A DNA stretch of 64,000 bases. Origin: Eledone cirrhosa (taxonomy: Eukaryota). The stretch's first letter is position 1. The number at the start of each line of letters is the position of its first letter. A model generated the notes under the pieces. It worked only from the letters and a program-made list of their open reading frames with translations. It made no database searches and was not told the DNA's origin. Made by a program: the position numbers and the translations under genes. Below, piece after piece: positions 1 through 13,530 of the stretch. The stretch covers positions 101,680,001-101,744,000 of the forward strand of contig OZ024743.1 of assembly GCA_964016885.1 (NCBI GenBank), written 5' to 3'.

Positions 1-90
1 TTGGATTCGCAATCGTAAGGTTGTGAGTTCGATTCCTGGACAGGGCGATGCGTTATGTCCTTGAGCAAGACACTTTATTTCACGTTGCTC
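1..90 (+). mobile_element. Partial tRNA-derived CORE-type SINE
   Basis: B-box GAGTTCGATTCC followed by GTCCTTGAGCAAGACACTTT (CORE-like); homologous to 53998-54150. Confidence 0.75.
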
Positions 91-218
91 CTTTTACCTG
101 GAGTTGCGACCGATAGATAGTATTAGCAATTTGAAAGACCAACGGAAACATTGTTTCGTCGGTCCGATTTGACGAAAGTCGATCGTTTAAAAAATATATA
201 TATATACATATATATATA

Positions 219-375
219 TAGGAAAAAGTAGGACTAGTCCAGAAATAGCCATCGAAACGGCTTGAGCTCTGCCGTCGGGGTCATAATTTTTCCTATTTCC
301 CACTCTACTACCCTAAGTATTGAGTACTCTGGTGCGTTATGGTCCATCTGGTTCCTTACCACAATTCCTTTGTTA
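219..375. mobile_element. PLE-derived two-armed mini-insertion, family A
   Basis: Short inverted arm ATAGGAAAAAGTAGGAC, then 3' half of a hammerhead (GAAACGGC..GCCGTC) and a tail shared with 2124, 17271, 18421, 26913 and 60135; flanked by (TA)n. Confidence 0.75.
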
Positions 376-398
376 TATACATATATATATAGAGATGA

Positions 399-447
399 GT
401 TTCTACAGGACTAGAACTGTTTCATTCTGTAGAAATCATCAGGAATC
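399..447 (-). ncRNA. Type I hammerhead ribozyme motif (family B) in an inverted PLE arm
   Basis: Minus strand: gattc CTGATGA tttctacagaat GAAA CAG ttctagtc CTG TA gaaac; one stem I mismatch. Confidence 0.65.
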
Positions 448-699
448 TGGCTTTCCAAAAATAAATGTAGTGGTATTTATATCTTTTCAGGTGGTAGGAG
501 AGGGTGGAGAGTGGGATGGGTGGAGGTCATTGGTTGAAAGAAAAGGGAATTCATTAAAAGCTAATTCATTAAAAGCGTCTCTATTAGAATCTCTGGCCTC
601 TCTGCCAACGAAGATATTTTTAACGCTTCTGCCTCCTACTACAATGACGCCCTCGCCCTCAGCGGATTTAATGAAAAGATAACCTACCTAGAAACCACC

Positions 700-1406
700 G
701 CAAGACTGCATAGGAGGAATAAGCATAGGCAGATTAGCTGGTACAACCCTTCCTTCAATAGAGAGGTCTCTACACCTATAGCTAGGATTTTCTTCACTTT
801 GCTGAACACACACTTCCCCATACAACATAAGTACTACACCATCTTTAATAAGAACACAATAAGACTCACCTACTCCACCACACATAACCTAGCTAGGAAT
901 ATAGCCAATCACAATTCTAAAAAATTAAATAAGCCAACCACCTCCGAACCCAATCCCCGAACTGGGGCCTTGTGTAATTGCCTAAATAAGGAAGCCTGCC
1001 CACTTGAAAACAAATGCCTGACAAATGATATCGTATACAAATGCGATGTCATCTCAGGCACCGATGATTGCAACAACAAAAGACTTACATCGGCATGACT
1101 TCCAGTAACTTTAAGACCCGGTGGTATGCCCATAACCACTCCTTCAGAGACCGGACAAAACAAACCAGACAACCCTCGCCTTCTATGTTTGGGACCTCAA
1201 AAGGAACTCCACCCTCTTCACGCTTAAATGGAAAATACTCCAGAAAGCGCGCCGATACAACGGAGGAAAAAGTGCCGCGACCTTTGTATCTCAGAGAGCT
1301 ACGAAATTTTATTCGACAAGGGCCGCTACTGAACAAACTCTCTGAACACTGCCCGAACTGCATGCACAAAAACTTTGCAATTTTCAAATACCTTAAGCCG
1401 TGTTAA
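700..1406 (+). pseudogene. Naiad-like Penelope element, RT thumb/linker plus GIY-YIG endonuclease, frameshifted
   Basis: WYNPSFN, IFNKNTIRLTYST, CNCLNKEACPLENKCL, IVY..YIGMTSSNFKTRWYAH, CxxC and LLNK motifs spread over several frames. Confidence 0.85.
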
Positions 1407-1579
1407 TGCCCGATGGCTAAAAACGGCTTCCCCCTCCTTTTTTTAAACGCCAGCCGACAAAATAGACCCTCTACCTCCTTCCCACCCCACCCCTACCCCT
1501 CCTGAACTTGAAACACGGCACTATGGTTATGTAAGTACCTCTTACATATCTGCATTTTCTGCTTGTAGAGCTGTTTTTA

Positions 1580-1795
1580 TGTGCCTGTGTATATGTGTAT
1601 ATTTATGAGTACATGTTTGTATGTATTTGTATGAGTGGCCGTTCGTTTGTATGCATATCGCTGTGTGTACGTGCGTTCACATGTACCTGCATTTGGGCAT
1701 GTTTGTGTATGTTTGTGTGTATATATATATGTGTATGTGTATATATGTGTATATGTGTGTATGTGTATGTGTGTATATATGTATGCATGTATATA

Positions 1796-1826
<31 letters not shown>

Positions 1827-1919
1827 GTATATGTGTGTGTGTGTATGTATGTGTATATATGTATATATATATATATATATATGTATATGTATGTGTATAT
1901 ATATATATATGTATATATA

Positions 1920-1950
<31 letters not shown>

Positions 1951-2033
1951 GTATGTATATATATATATATATATGTGTGTGTATATATTTATATATATAT
2001 GTGTGTGTATATATTTATATATATATGTATATA

Positions 2034-2085
<52 letters not shown>

Positions 2086-2122
2086 CACATATATACATAT
2101 ATATATGTGCATATATATATAT
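1580..2122. repeat. (TA)n/(TG)n compound microsatellite
   Basis: Direct inspection. Confidence 0.95.
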
Positions 2123-2123
2123 A

Positions 2124-2258
2124 CCGAAGGAAGCGTGGTAAGGAACCAGATGGACCATAACGCAATACTTAGGGTAGTAGAGTTGGTAATAGGAAAATGT
2201 CCAGAAATAGCCGTCGAAACGGCTTGAGTTCTGCCGTCGGGGTTAAACATTTTCCTAT
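2124..2258. mobile_element. Family A two-armed mini-insertion
   Basis: Minus-strand tail arm joined to plus arm TCCAGAAATAGCCGTCGAAACGGC...TTTCCTAT. Confidence 0.75.
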
Positions 2259-2275
2259 ATATATATATATATATA

Positions 2276-2832
2276 TGGTGGCTGTCAACTCGTTTTCGAG
2301 TACGGCTACTACTTTATATCCATGTAGGAGAACTCCTACCGATGCGCTGAACGAGTGAGACTTTTTAGTCCAGCCAGCGACTTGAAAACTCTGGTACAAA
2401 CACTACACTTGTGACAATTATTGACACATAGTGCTGGGCACTTGGTACCATGTGACGACAAGTGCAAAGAGATCTCCAGATATAAAGCAATGCCTGTGTC
2501 GTGAAGCCTTTATAGTGAGCAAAGGCACTGCACAAAGCCAGTCTCTCTTAACCAAGATGATATTTACCAAAAAGAAGAACAAGTCAACATCATTGAATAC
2601 CATCAGAGTTGCAGGTGTTATATCAGAGTTTTCCTTCTCCTAGAATTCTGCCTTGACAAAGGCTAAGGGGTCATCTCTCCCGGTGATTTTGGATGGCCAT
2701 TGACTCTTACGAGTTCCTTTGCCCATTGACAGGTTTTGTTTTTAATCCTGCAGGATGTCCAAAGTCACCCTCCTCATCAAGAAACCTTGGTGGGGTTGCC
2801 AGTTTACTCACCAACGACCCGACCATGAGACA

Positions 2833-2833
<1 letters not shown>
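2276..2833 (-). mobile_element. Non-autonomous bipartite RTE element, 5'-truncated
   Basis: Highly similar to 57363-57972; RTE 5'UTR motif CTAGGAGAAGGAAAACTCTGA; C-terminal C2H2 coding remnant. Confidence 0.75.
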
Positions 2834-2911
<78 letters not shown>

Positions 2912-2994
2912 CATACATGTAGATAATATATATTCATATATATATATATGCATATTTTCATATGCACACATACACACACACACACACATACACC

Positions 2995-3056
<62 letters not shown>

Positions 3057-3417
3057 ATGTATGTACTTATATATATGTATGTATATGTATGTACTTATAT
3101 ATGTATATATATAATCCTGGAAATTACTACATCGCTATGTGACGTGTCGATGCATACTAATTAGGTTAGCAGAAGAGATTGTCGGCTTAAATATGTTGAG
3201 TTTAAGATTACTAGAATTGTTATATCATCAAATGTTGTTCAGAAATATAAACACAGAGTATGTTTGGAATTATGGAGGAAGGAAGGTAAGTAGAACGGAA
3301 AAGGAATGATGGAGCAAAAGATCAAATGTCATACTAGGCGAAAATAAAAAAAACGCAACTGTTGGCCATGCTACATCACTAGCTCTTATAAAATTATTCA
3401 GTATATATTAAATTTAT

Positions 3418-3606
3418 TGTCAGGTCACTTTTGAGTGCTACTGGTAGCATGTAACCCAGTACTACCTATCGCATAGTCTGGTCGTCGGCGACTAAACCGG
3501 AACCTCGCCAAGTTTACCTGGTGAGGAGGGTGATTTTGGACAACCTGCAGGACAAAAAACAATCTTGCAAAGGGCGGAAATACTCATAAGTGTCAACGGC
3601 CATCTA
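3418..3606 (+). mobile_element. Older diverged copy of the RTE 5' leader
   Basis: Aligns by eye to the reverse complement of 57785-57972. Confidence 0.7.
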
Positions 3607-3884
3607 AAAAAGAAAAAGGAAATCCTGCCAAATCAATGGGTGGCAGTAGTTCCAGCTGTACGCATCGAAAGACTGGTGTAGTGGTTCTGAGAACAATGCG
3701 GCTTTTCAGATGATCAATGCAAATTGACAATGGAAAGGCGCTCCCGCTCGAGTTAGAAGAGAACTATTGGCCTTCAGGAGAAGTAGCGGACCCTGATTGT
3801 ATTCAGTAACCGAAACAAATATGAAGTACACCAAATCCAATGCTCTTTTGGTTCTGTTCTGGTTCTTTTTATTTGCGTGTGTAA

Positions 3885-4333
3885 ATTTGGCCAGATTAGA
3901 TATTAAATTCGATTTAGCACTATTTGCCCGAACAGAAATGCATGGGCATTCGTATAGAGACATCAGGGCAGCAAAGAGCTGACAATCGATCCCATATTTC
4001 AATAGAACCGTCCACAGCAGGTCCCGAAAAACGCGGTCATATGCCTTTTCAATGTCGACAAAACAAGAATACTATGAGCATATGGTTAATATATCTCAGG
4101 AAGGAATCGCTGGACAGATTTTACGAGAAAAACCAACCGGCAGGAGACCCAGGGGTAGACCGTGAGCATGATGGTTAGATAACATCCACGAGCTTAGCTG
4201 GTATCGCTTGGGGATCCAGCCGGATCAGTTGGAGATGGTTGCCTCTGATACAACCCGCTGGAAGAAGTGTTTGAGGACTCTACTTCCATGACCATGACCC
4301 TCTCAGGAATAAGTGGGCAGAGAAGAAGAAGAA
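3885..4333. mobile_element. RTE LINE (Expander/Rex3-like) fragment with 5' inversion
   Basis: Minus 3885-4070 encodes CFVDIEKAYDRV..YGID (RT); plus 4071-4333 encodes the RPRGRP..W..NIHEL C-terminus and a (GAA)n tail. Confidence 0.8.
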
Positions 4334-4354
4334 AATGTATATTAAATTCCGTTT

Positions 4355-4660
4355 GCGACGAATTGTCAGTGTCGTCACAACATCGTATAGAATGATTTGC
4401 AGTATTCGTACCGGCTCTCAGCGCTCCGAGTTCAAGACACTTCGACGTCAACTTTGCTTTTCATATTTTCTAGGTCGATGAAAAGAATCAATTTAATACC
4501 GGGGAAGATTGTTCCTCTATATCCCTTTGTCACTCTCTCTCTATTTCTCTGGAAGAAATCAGCTATGATCAGATCTGGTGAGGGGATCGGCTTCGCCAGG
4601 TTTAAAATGCCCAAAAGACGGCGCCATTTCCTCAGGAGTTACGGATCCAAACAAACGTAA
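4355..4660 (+). mobile_element. Meta-domain SINE with extended tail
   Basis: GAGTTCAA..CAACTTTGCTTTTCAT..GGTCGAT; tail CTGGAAGAAATC..GCCAGGTTTAAAATGC shared with 5565, 10330 and 45080. Confidence 0.65.
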
Positions 4661-4704
4661 TATACTTTAATTCGAAATAGTTTTCTGTTTTCTAGTATTG
4701 AGCT

Positions 4705-5070
4705 GTGTGGACGCAGCATAGTCGAATGGTTAAAACATTCACTTTGTAATCATTAGACCCTATGTTCAATCTCATTGGATGGAATCGTGAGCTCTTACAT
4801 TTTTTACTTTAACCTCGGGTCGACCCAAGCCATCCATGTGAGTGAAATTGGTTAGATGAAAACTGTTTGGAAGTCCGTCGGATAGACTGTACCCGTAATA
4901 CAAACGGCCAGTCATGTCACGTCCTGTACCACACATAATCTCCCTGAGAACTAAATTAAAGGTACGTGCATCAGCAGAATCTTCAGCCACTTAGATATAA
5001 ATTTCGGGATCAGAATGTCTTGTTGATTGAACAACTGGAACTCTCGTTGTCGAAACCGACGGAGGTCTAT
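4705..5070 (+). mobile_element. tRNA-derived SINE
   Basis: A/B boxes; body homologous to 14438-14800 and to 28172-28690 (minus). Confidence 0.65.
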
Positions 5071-5564
5071 TCTTCCTATTGAACTATATTTTGTCATTCT
5101 TGTGGTTGTATTTTGGCTTCTTTTGACTTTCTTTGGCGTTGCTTCAGGTTGATTAAGTCTTGGTGTAAAATAAGAAGGGCAACTCTATCCTGTCAACATA
5201 GCCGTGTCATTGCTAGCGGTTTATGTAACTTCGAGCTTAATTTGAAAGTATAATGGAATTTACTTTGCTACACCGTGAAAATGAGAGCGAGAATTAACCT
5301 ACAATATCTTATTAACTAAAATAAAATAAATGAAATATACAAAGAAATACTTGAAGTTTGTTATTTACTGTTATGTACTAAAAATGTAAAATAACAACAC
5401 AGAATATGTTTGGAATTATAGAAGAGGTAACTGTCCTGTAGGCTAGGAACAAAAAGAAATGATAATGCAAGAGATCAAGTGTTATACTAGCTGGAAATAA
5501 AACGTAACTGTTGGCGTTGCTATATCCCTCATCTTATAAAATTATTCCTTGTATATTATATTCT

Positions 5565-5890
5565 GAAGGCGATGAATTGGTAGAATCGTTACAACGTTGG
5601 AAAAAAGGCTTTGCAGTATTCGATTTAGCTCTCTGCGTCCTGAGTCCAAATACTGCAGAGGTCAAATTTGCTTTTCATTCTTTTGAGATTGATAAATAAA
5701 GTGCCAGTCCAATCCTCTATAACACTTTCTCAATTTCTTTTTATCACTCTCCCCTTTTCTGGAAGAAATCGGTTGAGTTCAGACCTGCAGATGGAGAGGG
5801 ATGGGCTCTACCAGGTTTAAAATGCTCCCAAAACACCCTATACCACGACGGCGCCTCTTCGATTCCACCAAGTATTACGTGTCCGTAAAT
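5565..5890 (+). mobile_element. Meta-domain SINE with extended tail
   Basis: As 4355-4660. Confidence 0.65.
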
Positions 5891-6099
5891 ACATACACAG
5901 ATACATACATACGTCTTATTAATCCTATTAAGTAAAAAAAAAAATACTGAAACTTTGTTACTGATTGTTATGTACCAGAGATGTATAAATAAGATTTGTT
6001 TTGATAGAATTATATTTAAAACTATCAACCAAGCCAAATATTCAATAGAATCTAATTTATTAATGTAGTCAAAACAAATGTGGTGATTAGCCAAATAAA

Positions 6100-7070
6100 T
6101 AGTCCACCAGACGTTTGTCTTGTAAAGTTTATTTTTGTCCCATTACATTCTGAGTTCAAATCACTGGGGTCGACTTTGTCATTCATTCTTTCAGGGCCGA
6201 TAAAACATCTGGGTAAATATATTCAATTGCCTCATCCTCTCAAAATATGTAGCCGTGTGCCATTATTATAGATAGACACACTGAGGTAGGTGGATTAGAG
6301 GTTAGGTGCTTTTGTTCACAATTGAAAAGTCGTAAGTTCGATTCCCGTGGCACGTTCTGTACTTTCAGGGCGGTGTATTGGCAGTATCGGTAGAGTGTCA
6401 CGCAAAATGATTTGTGGTATTTAGTTACGACTTTCTACGTTGAGTTCAAATCACGCTGAGGTTAGCATTGCCTTATTATCCTTCGGGGTCGATAAAATAA
6501 AGTACCAGTAAAGTACTGAAGCCAATGTAATAATTTTCCCTTACTCCAAATTGTTGGCCTTTTGCCAATGCTAGAAAGAATTATTTTAAACTCATTAAAG
6601 ATGTTGAGGTGGCAGATTTTGTAGAGCGTTGGATTAACTGTCTTCCAATATTTAATTTCGTAACATTAGATTACTCAGTTAAAATCTTTACCCTCCCTTA
6701 CGACCATCTGGAGTGGATGACAGAAGTATCAAACAAGCCGTTGGGTCATTTTGGTGGAATGCTTAGAGAGTAGGATAAAGCGTGTTGACTGGTACTTTAA
6801 TTTATTGAACCTTAGAAGGATGAAAGACAGATTTGACATCAGTGGGATTTGAACCCAGAACGTAATGTGTCGAAACAAAAACCTTTAGGTGTTGCTCCTG
6901 ACACTCTAACCATTCTGCCAATCCACCAAGCGCAATTATAATAATAATTGTTTCAAATTACGGTACAAGGCCAATAGTTTTGGTGGCAGTATAAGTTGAT
7001 TATAACGACCCACTACTTAACTGGTACTTTAATTTATCGAACCCAGAAGAATGAACTCGGCCCGCAGAAA
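6100..7070. mobile_element. Cluster of degraded SINEs on both strands
   Basis: Meta motif GCCTT..ATCCTTCGGGGTCGATAAAATAAAGTACCAGT near 6470; reverse copies near 6790 and 7020. Confidence 0.6.
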
Positions 7071-8635
7071 TCAGGATCACTTTAACAGCTCGACCAAATT
7101 GATGGCATTACAGTTAATAAACTAAACGGAAAGGGTGGTGAAGTTAGCGTTAACTTCTGTTAAACTAGAGTGTTTTTAGTATTTCGTTAGAAGCATCTAG
7201 TTTATGAATTCTTCAAGGTTCTTAAACTATGTGTCAGCATATTAATGCGGTTGATTGATTATATAATACCGCAAAATTTGGCGTTGTGCTTGCACAAAAG
7301 TAATTGATGCAATAAATAGAAATACCATGTTGTTTTGTTCCATCAGTATAAAATAATTGCGGGAATGATGAAACTGTGTTTCAAACAGATTTTAATTGGT
7401 AATATATACCAACATATATTTTATTATTAAAACATGTGTTGATAGTTTTAAGCCAAATCATTGCACTAGTCTGCTCCTAAATTGAATCGGCATCTTTTAT
7501 TTAAAGCAATCTACCTGTGGCTATGTTTTTTTCATTAGTATATATAATGCAGTTTCAAGATTTAATATTTCATTGTTGAAATGTTTTACCTATAAATGAG
7601 AAACACATGCGTTTTTATCATTCTAACAGTCATTATTATTTAAGCCAACGATTTTCTTCTTCAATAATTAGATATTCTGATAGTGTACGTGATGTGTGTT
7701 GGACATGTGTGTTTGTATTTGTTTGTGTGTGTGAATGTTTGTATGCGTTTTTGTGTGAGTTTGTATTTGTGCGTGTGTTTGTATGCATGTGGTCGTGCGT
7801 GATTGAATGTGTGTATGTGTTTGTACTGTTTCCAATTATTTTGGAAATCTTGTGAAATAAAACTGGAATTTTGTAATTTTATTTGATTAAATAACTCTTT
7901 AAACTGAAGTTGAGAGAGAGAGGCGGAGAGAAAGAAGGAGAGAGAAAGAGAGAGAGAGAGAGGGAGAGAGAGAGAGAGAGAGGGAGAGATAGATAGAGAG
8001 GGAGAGAGAGATAGAGAGAGAGAGAATTTATATTTTTCAAGTTGAATCAAAATGTTTTATTGAAAGTCATAAAACTATTCTAATCTCCAACATAGTTACG
8101 AAGTAGTTACAACAACAGTCAGATGTTTCGATAGCCTGGAATGTGAAATAGCTCCCCGATAAAATATTACATTAATCACATGGAATAGACGTTGAAAAAC
8201 ACTTTTACAATACATTCTGACTATTTAATATAAAAAATACCAGATGAATATACATTAACATTTCTATCTGAAATATTCATAAATATATATATGAGTGTAA
8301 ACGACTTAATTTAATCAAATAGAAATAGAAGTATTCCTAAATAAATACGGAAAAAGGGACAGGCAAAGGCTATAGGGTCACAGAAGAATGGGAGGGTGAT
8401 TGGCTCTGGGTCTAAGAAAAATAGAAAAGGGATGTAATTTTAAAATCTCTCGACCATGCAGCAAACCAATTACATAAAACACAAGACTGCCATGATACAC
8501 ACAACACTAATTTGAAACCAGCCATGTTAATTATCACAACAAAAAATATAGAATAAAATAAATTCTTAGTAAATTCTGTGGAGATGAATTCTTTCTGTTT
8601 TTCTCATTTTCGTTTTTATATTTATTATGATTTAG

Positions 8636-10045
8636 TGAAGATGCATGGTGTAGTAGTTAGGGTGTTCGGCTCGTGATCGTAAAGCCGTGAGTTCGATTCC
8701 CAGCGGTGATTTGTCTTTGAGGATGCCACTTTATTTTACGTTGTTCTAGTTCACATAGCAAGCAGTTTTATCGTCGTTCTAACATTTACTAAGGTTTGGT
8801 GAAGGTATGCTGCTTAATGGTTAGGGCGTTCGGTTCACGATCATAAGGTCGTGACTTCAATTCACGACTATACGTTATATCCTTAAGCAAGACACTTTAT
8901 TTCGTATTACTCCAGTTCACTCACCAATCAGTTTTTATCATTTTAATCACATTTACTATGTTTCAGTGAAGGCACATAGCATAGTGGTTTGAATTTTTTG
9001 TTCACGATCGTAAGGTCTTGAGATTGATTCACAGCGATGTGTTGGGCACTTTATTTTCTATTACTCCAGACCACGCAGGTGGCAAAAATGTGTTGTATCT
9101 GTAATTCAGCCGAATTACGCTAAATCTCCTCGAGAACTACGTTAAGGTTACTCATGTTTGTGCAATGCTCGCATCATTCTTATGTCTCATGGTGGGCGAT
9201 AGATTGGCAAAATGGTCGGATAAAATAATTTGCGATATACGTTCCTGTTTTTACGTTCTGCGTTCAAATCCCGCCGAGTTCTGCTTTGCCTTTCATCCTG
9301 TCGGGATTGATAAAATACAGTATTAGTCAAGTATTGGGGTCGGTGTAATCGATTTTTCAATTCCCTATAATCTGCAGGTCATGTGTCTAGATTAGAAATC
9401 GTCATGTCTCTTTGTGAGGGCGGTGAATTGGTAGTATCGGTAGAGCGTCGGACAACATGTTTTGTGCCATAGAGTTGAGTTCAAATGCCACTGAGGATAC
9501 TTTGCCTTTCATCTTTACGGGGTTGCTAAAATACAGTACCAGTAACACACTGGGGTCGATCTAATCACCCCCCCCCAATTGTTGCCTAAATCAGAAATCC
9601 TTATTATGTCTTTCTGGGTGAATTGGCATTATTGGTAGAGGGTCAGACATGCTTTCCAGCGTAGTTATGTCCCTTTACGATCTGAGTTCAAATCCCACCG
9701 AGGTTAACTTTGCCTTTCATCCTTACGGGGTCGATAAAATAAAGTACCAGTAATGTACTGGGTAATTGCTGGCCTTGTGCCAAAAGTAGAAATAATTATT
9801 ATGTCTTTCTGTGAGGGCGGTGGATTAGTAGTGTCGGTAGAGCGTCGGACAACATGTTTTGCGGCATATAATTACGTTCCTTTACGTTCTAATTTCAAAT
9901 CACGGCGAGGTTGGCTTTACATTTCATCCTTACGGGATAGGATAAAATAAAGTACGAGTAACGCACTCTGGGTCGATTTAACCAACTTTTCAATTCCCCT
10001 TCGACTTGTTGACCTTCTGCAGAATACAGAAACAATTATTATGTT
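8636..10045 (+). mobile_element. Head-to-tail array of about 3 CORE-type and 4 Meta-type SINEs
   Basis: Repeated tRNA heads near 8636, 8800, 8968, 9190, 9415, 9615 and 9812, all on the plus strand. Confidence 0.75.
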
Positions 10046-10329
10046 GCTTTGTAATCGAATCATAAAGCTTCTAATCTGAATGTCAAAAATGAATTGCGAG
10101 AAATGTATTTTCTTCAATCAGTTTTTATTCTATTTTAGATAATTTTTTTCGAGAAAATAATGTAGAATAAGAAATATTTGAATAAATCGAGGACCATAAC
10201 AGATTATAAATGTTAAAAGTATTGTGTATGTGTCTTGACAGATTTTTTAAAAATAAGTTGATGTAACAAAGCGATATGTATTGTTTTCTGAAATCTTAAC
10301 ATTCTTAAATTGATTCCTTAAATTAACAA

Positions 10330-10650
10330 GAAGCTGCGAATTGGCTGAATCAATAGAACATCGGAAAGAACGGAAAGAATGCTCTGCGCTCTACGTTCAA
10401 ATTCCGTCGAGATCAACTTTGCCTTTCATCCTTTCGAGGTCGATAAATGAAGTGCCAATCCAGAACTGGGTCGATCCTTCCTTAATGTCCCTTTCTCACT
10501 TTCTTTCTATTATTCCATCTATCTTCTCTGGAAGAAATCAGACTTGGAGATGGAGTGGGATGGGCTCCGCCAGGTTTAAAATGATTAGGAAACGCCGTAT
10601 GTCATAAGGGCCCCCCTACGGATCCACTAGGTGTTTCGAGTCCATACAAT
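10330..10650 (+). mobile_element. Meta-domain SINE with extended tail
   Basis: CAACTTTGCCTTTCATCCTTTCGAGGTCGATAAAT plus shared tail. Confidence 0.7.
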
Positions 10651-11345
10651 ACAAATTAATCACAGGTTCATGTGATAAGTGACTAAAACTTTCATAACAC
10701 ATGAAACCTGTTTATCCCTACTGAAAGCTTTGTTTTTAATTAGTGTAACTAAAACAAGTAAATTTTGTAGAGTTTATCATTTCCTAAACAAAGTAGAATT
10801 TGAACAAAGAATTTCGTATAAATGAAACTCTGGTCGCTTACAAAACATTCCCGGTCCTTACAGCTAAAATCTTTCCGTACGCATGGCTCATGTACATAAC
10901 TTGGTGGACTTTGTCATGTGACTCAACACAGTTTTGACATAGTTTGAGTGCGATGCTACTGATGGGATATAAATAAGGGGGGATTAAAAACTAGATGGAC
11001 AAGGCCGGATTATGACTGTTAGTGGCTCTAAGCACGGAAAAGTACCTTGGTTCAGCTACCACATTACACAACTATACACTGTAAATCTGGCACACAAAAA
11101 TCTCTATGGGACGTATCTTTAATTGATGCATCAAGCACGCACTCATTTTGCTTAATGGTTATTCTATGGCTGAACACCAATAGCAAATAATTCAGCTGGT
11201 TGTTCGAAACTATTTAGGCCCGGCTAGCTTTGGTCAGTTACGAATATCGATGTCTACACTAACACCATACAAAACACTGGTCATTTAAAAAGAAGTTGTT
11301 TTTCACTGCTTTCCTCTTCTGCTTATTATCAAATTGTTCTCTTAG

Positions 11346-11456
11346 GCCAGTGTATTGACAACAGCATCTCTCACCATCCTCCGGAGAATCGTCTTCTCTA
11401 TTCTGTCCGCTGGAGCCATGAGGCGGCCAGCGCGTGGAACCCCATTCGCTCGTAAT
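11346..11456 (+). CDS. Possible terminal coding exon of an unidentified gene
   Basis: Pyrimidine-rich acceptor ttgttctcttag; GC-richer unique sequence; frame QCIDNSISHHPPENRLLYSVRWSHEAASAWNPIRS ends in TAA TAG TGA; no recognised homology. Confidence 0.25.
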
Positions 11457-13317
11457 AGTGAGAGTTGGGGAGGGCGAGAGAGCCGGAGGTGATGACAGTG
11501 GGAGTTTGGTTCCTCTGTGTTCGGACCTGGTGTACATGTGTGTGTAATTTTACACAATCGACTCTTTCTTTTCCCATTTACACTGTTTATATGTGAGGTA
11601 AAACAATTCCACAACATGTTTCCACACAGATACAGTGTATAGCCAGAGTAAGTAGATGAGCTATAACGTCTTTGGCCATTCACCCCACTTCATTAAACTA
11701 ACTGGGTCAGCCTCGTAAATGTACTTGCTTGACGTTGATGTCTTTTGTCTTTTCAAACGTATCAATTACGGTACAGAAAAGGAAATGTTTTTGCCAGAAG
11801 TTAAAAAAACAACAGCAAAAAATATCTTTAAAAAAGCCCACATTCTAAGAGATCCTTTATTTCTATAGCCGTTGTCTTCTCATGGGACATATTTTATTAA
11901 TCTTTCATGAGCATAAATAACAATAAGACAACGCACATGGCTTGTAGCTGAATGCCGTTTCTAATAATTCATATTAAGATTCCGTAACAGTTCCCTCGTG
12001 TCCGAATAATGCCCATTGACAGCTTTCCTACTCCAATTATTATTAACTTTCATTTGTTTTAGATTCAAATTTGAATGTTCTTCTTATTCAACACAGTATT
12101 CGATACGACATTAATGTTATTAATATCAATTCTGGTTTATTAAACAATATGTAATTTAAATCCTCCTTGTCATTTTTCAGCCACTAACTAAACACCCAAT
12201 GCAGTTGAATTTATGTTTTTTTTTTGTTTTACGAATATCTTCGATAATATAAATCAACCGAAAAAAATTTGCAATTAAGAATATGCAATTATCTTCTAAA
12301 GTCTAGAGTCTGTTTTATGCCATGTTTATCACGGTTTCCTCGGCGTTAAGCAACTGAGAGTACAAGACCTCCTCCTTGACAGAATGCCAGTCCATCGCAG
12401 AGTTAAACCCCCACCTACATTATGATATAAGTCCATCATGCTAACCACAAGGTCAGATATACAATAAAAGAAGAAAAATGAGACACGCTGAAAATATTTG
12501 AACACTTTCATATATAGCTATACATACAGTGTCTGGTGTTGTTACTATATCTATTTTAAAACTCAAAGAAATCAGTCATGCTGAAAGACAAAAATGATAT
12601 TTGAATGTTACAGCATAGAGGGATTTAAAACAAATTATAATTGCAAGCCACTAGAGCATGAAATAATTTATCATTGAATATTTTGAAAACATTTTTATTG
12701 ACTAAAAACATTATACATATGTATAAACTTATACAAGAATACGTACGTGATTTAAGTCATATAAAACATGGCATGTTAGGTATACATGTAGACGGTGAGA
12801 TTTCTGGTTGTCTAGTTCTTGTTGAGCAGAACTAGGATCAAAAATGTTCTATCAGTAAACAACTCTTTATTTTGTTTCCACGTTAATGTATCTATGACTA
12901 AATTATACGTCCATCCATTTGTTTCAAACGACAGTATGTAATTTGAAGGAAATTTGTTTGCTATTTACAGCAGGTCGAGTAACTATGTAAAGTTTTTATG
13001 TACCTAACCTACGATTGTTGGTACGAATTGATGCGTTTCATCTTTCCTGGATCGATAAATAAAGTACCAATAGCTGCACATGTACTCGTAATTTATTTAT
13101 TAACGCAAATATCGACACAAATAACACGCCATTGACTAAAAGGGGAACGACATATTAGATAAGATGGTCCTGGAGGCACTCACTGCCTGAAAAGAATAAG
13201 GAATGGTCACGTCCTGAACACCTTTCATAATAGAGTTACTTAATCAAGGTTGAGATGGAGGCAAACAGTGACTACAACAGCAACTTATAGGTACTGAGAC
13301 ATACAGGATTCTACCTT

Positions 13318-13530
13318 GTCCCTCCATATCTCCCTTAATTTTCATCGTAAGTATTGATGGGATTTGGTGTAGATATGGAGGGATATGAAAGAAGATAATC
13401 CTAGGAATTCTTAAAAAAGGAGCTTATACCTGATCTTTCCACATATCCCCTAAAGTTTACCCTAAGTAATGGTGAGATTTGGAGTAGATATGGAAGGACA
13501 TAATAGAAATTAATCCTAGAAATTCTTTTA
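13318..13530. repeat. Two tandem ~115-bp units, each with a short inverted repeat
   Basis: CCCTCCATATCT..AGATATGGAGGG in unit 1 and a degenerate equivalent in unit 2. Confidence 0.6.

Noticed and set aside
3250-5560. Diverged direct repeat 3250-3410 / 5397-5560 as LTRs
   Set aside because: No TG..CA ends, primer-binding site or internal gag/pol; likely an old local duplication or dispersed repeat
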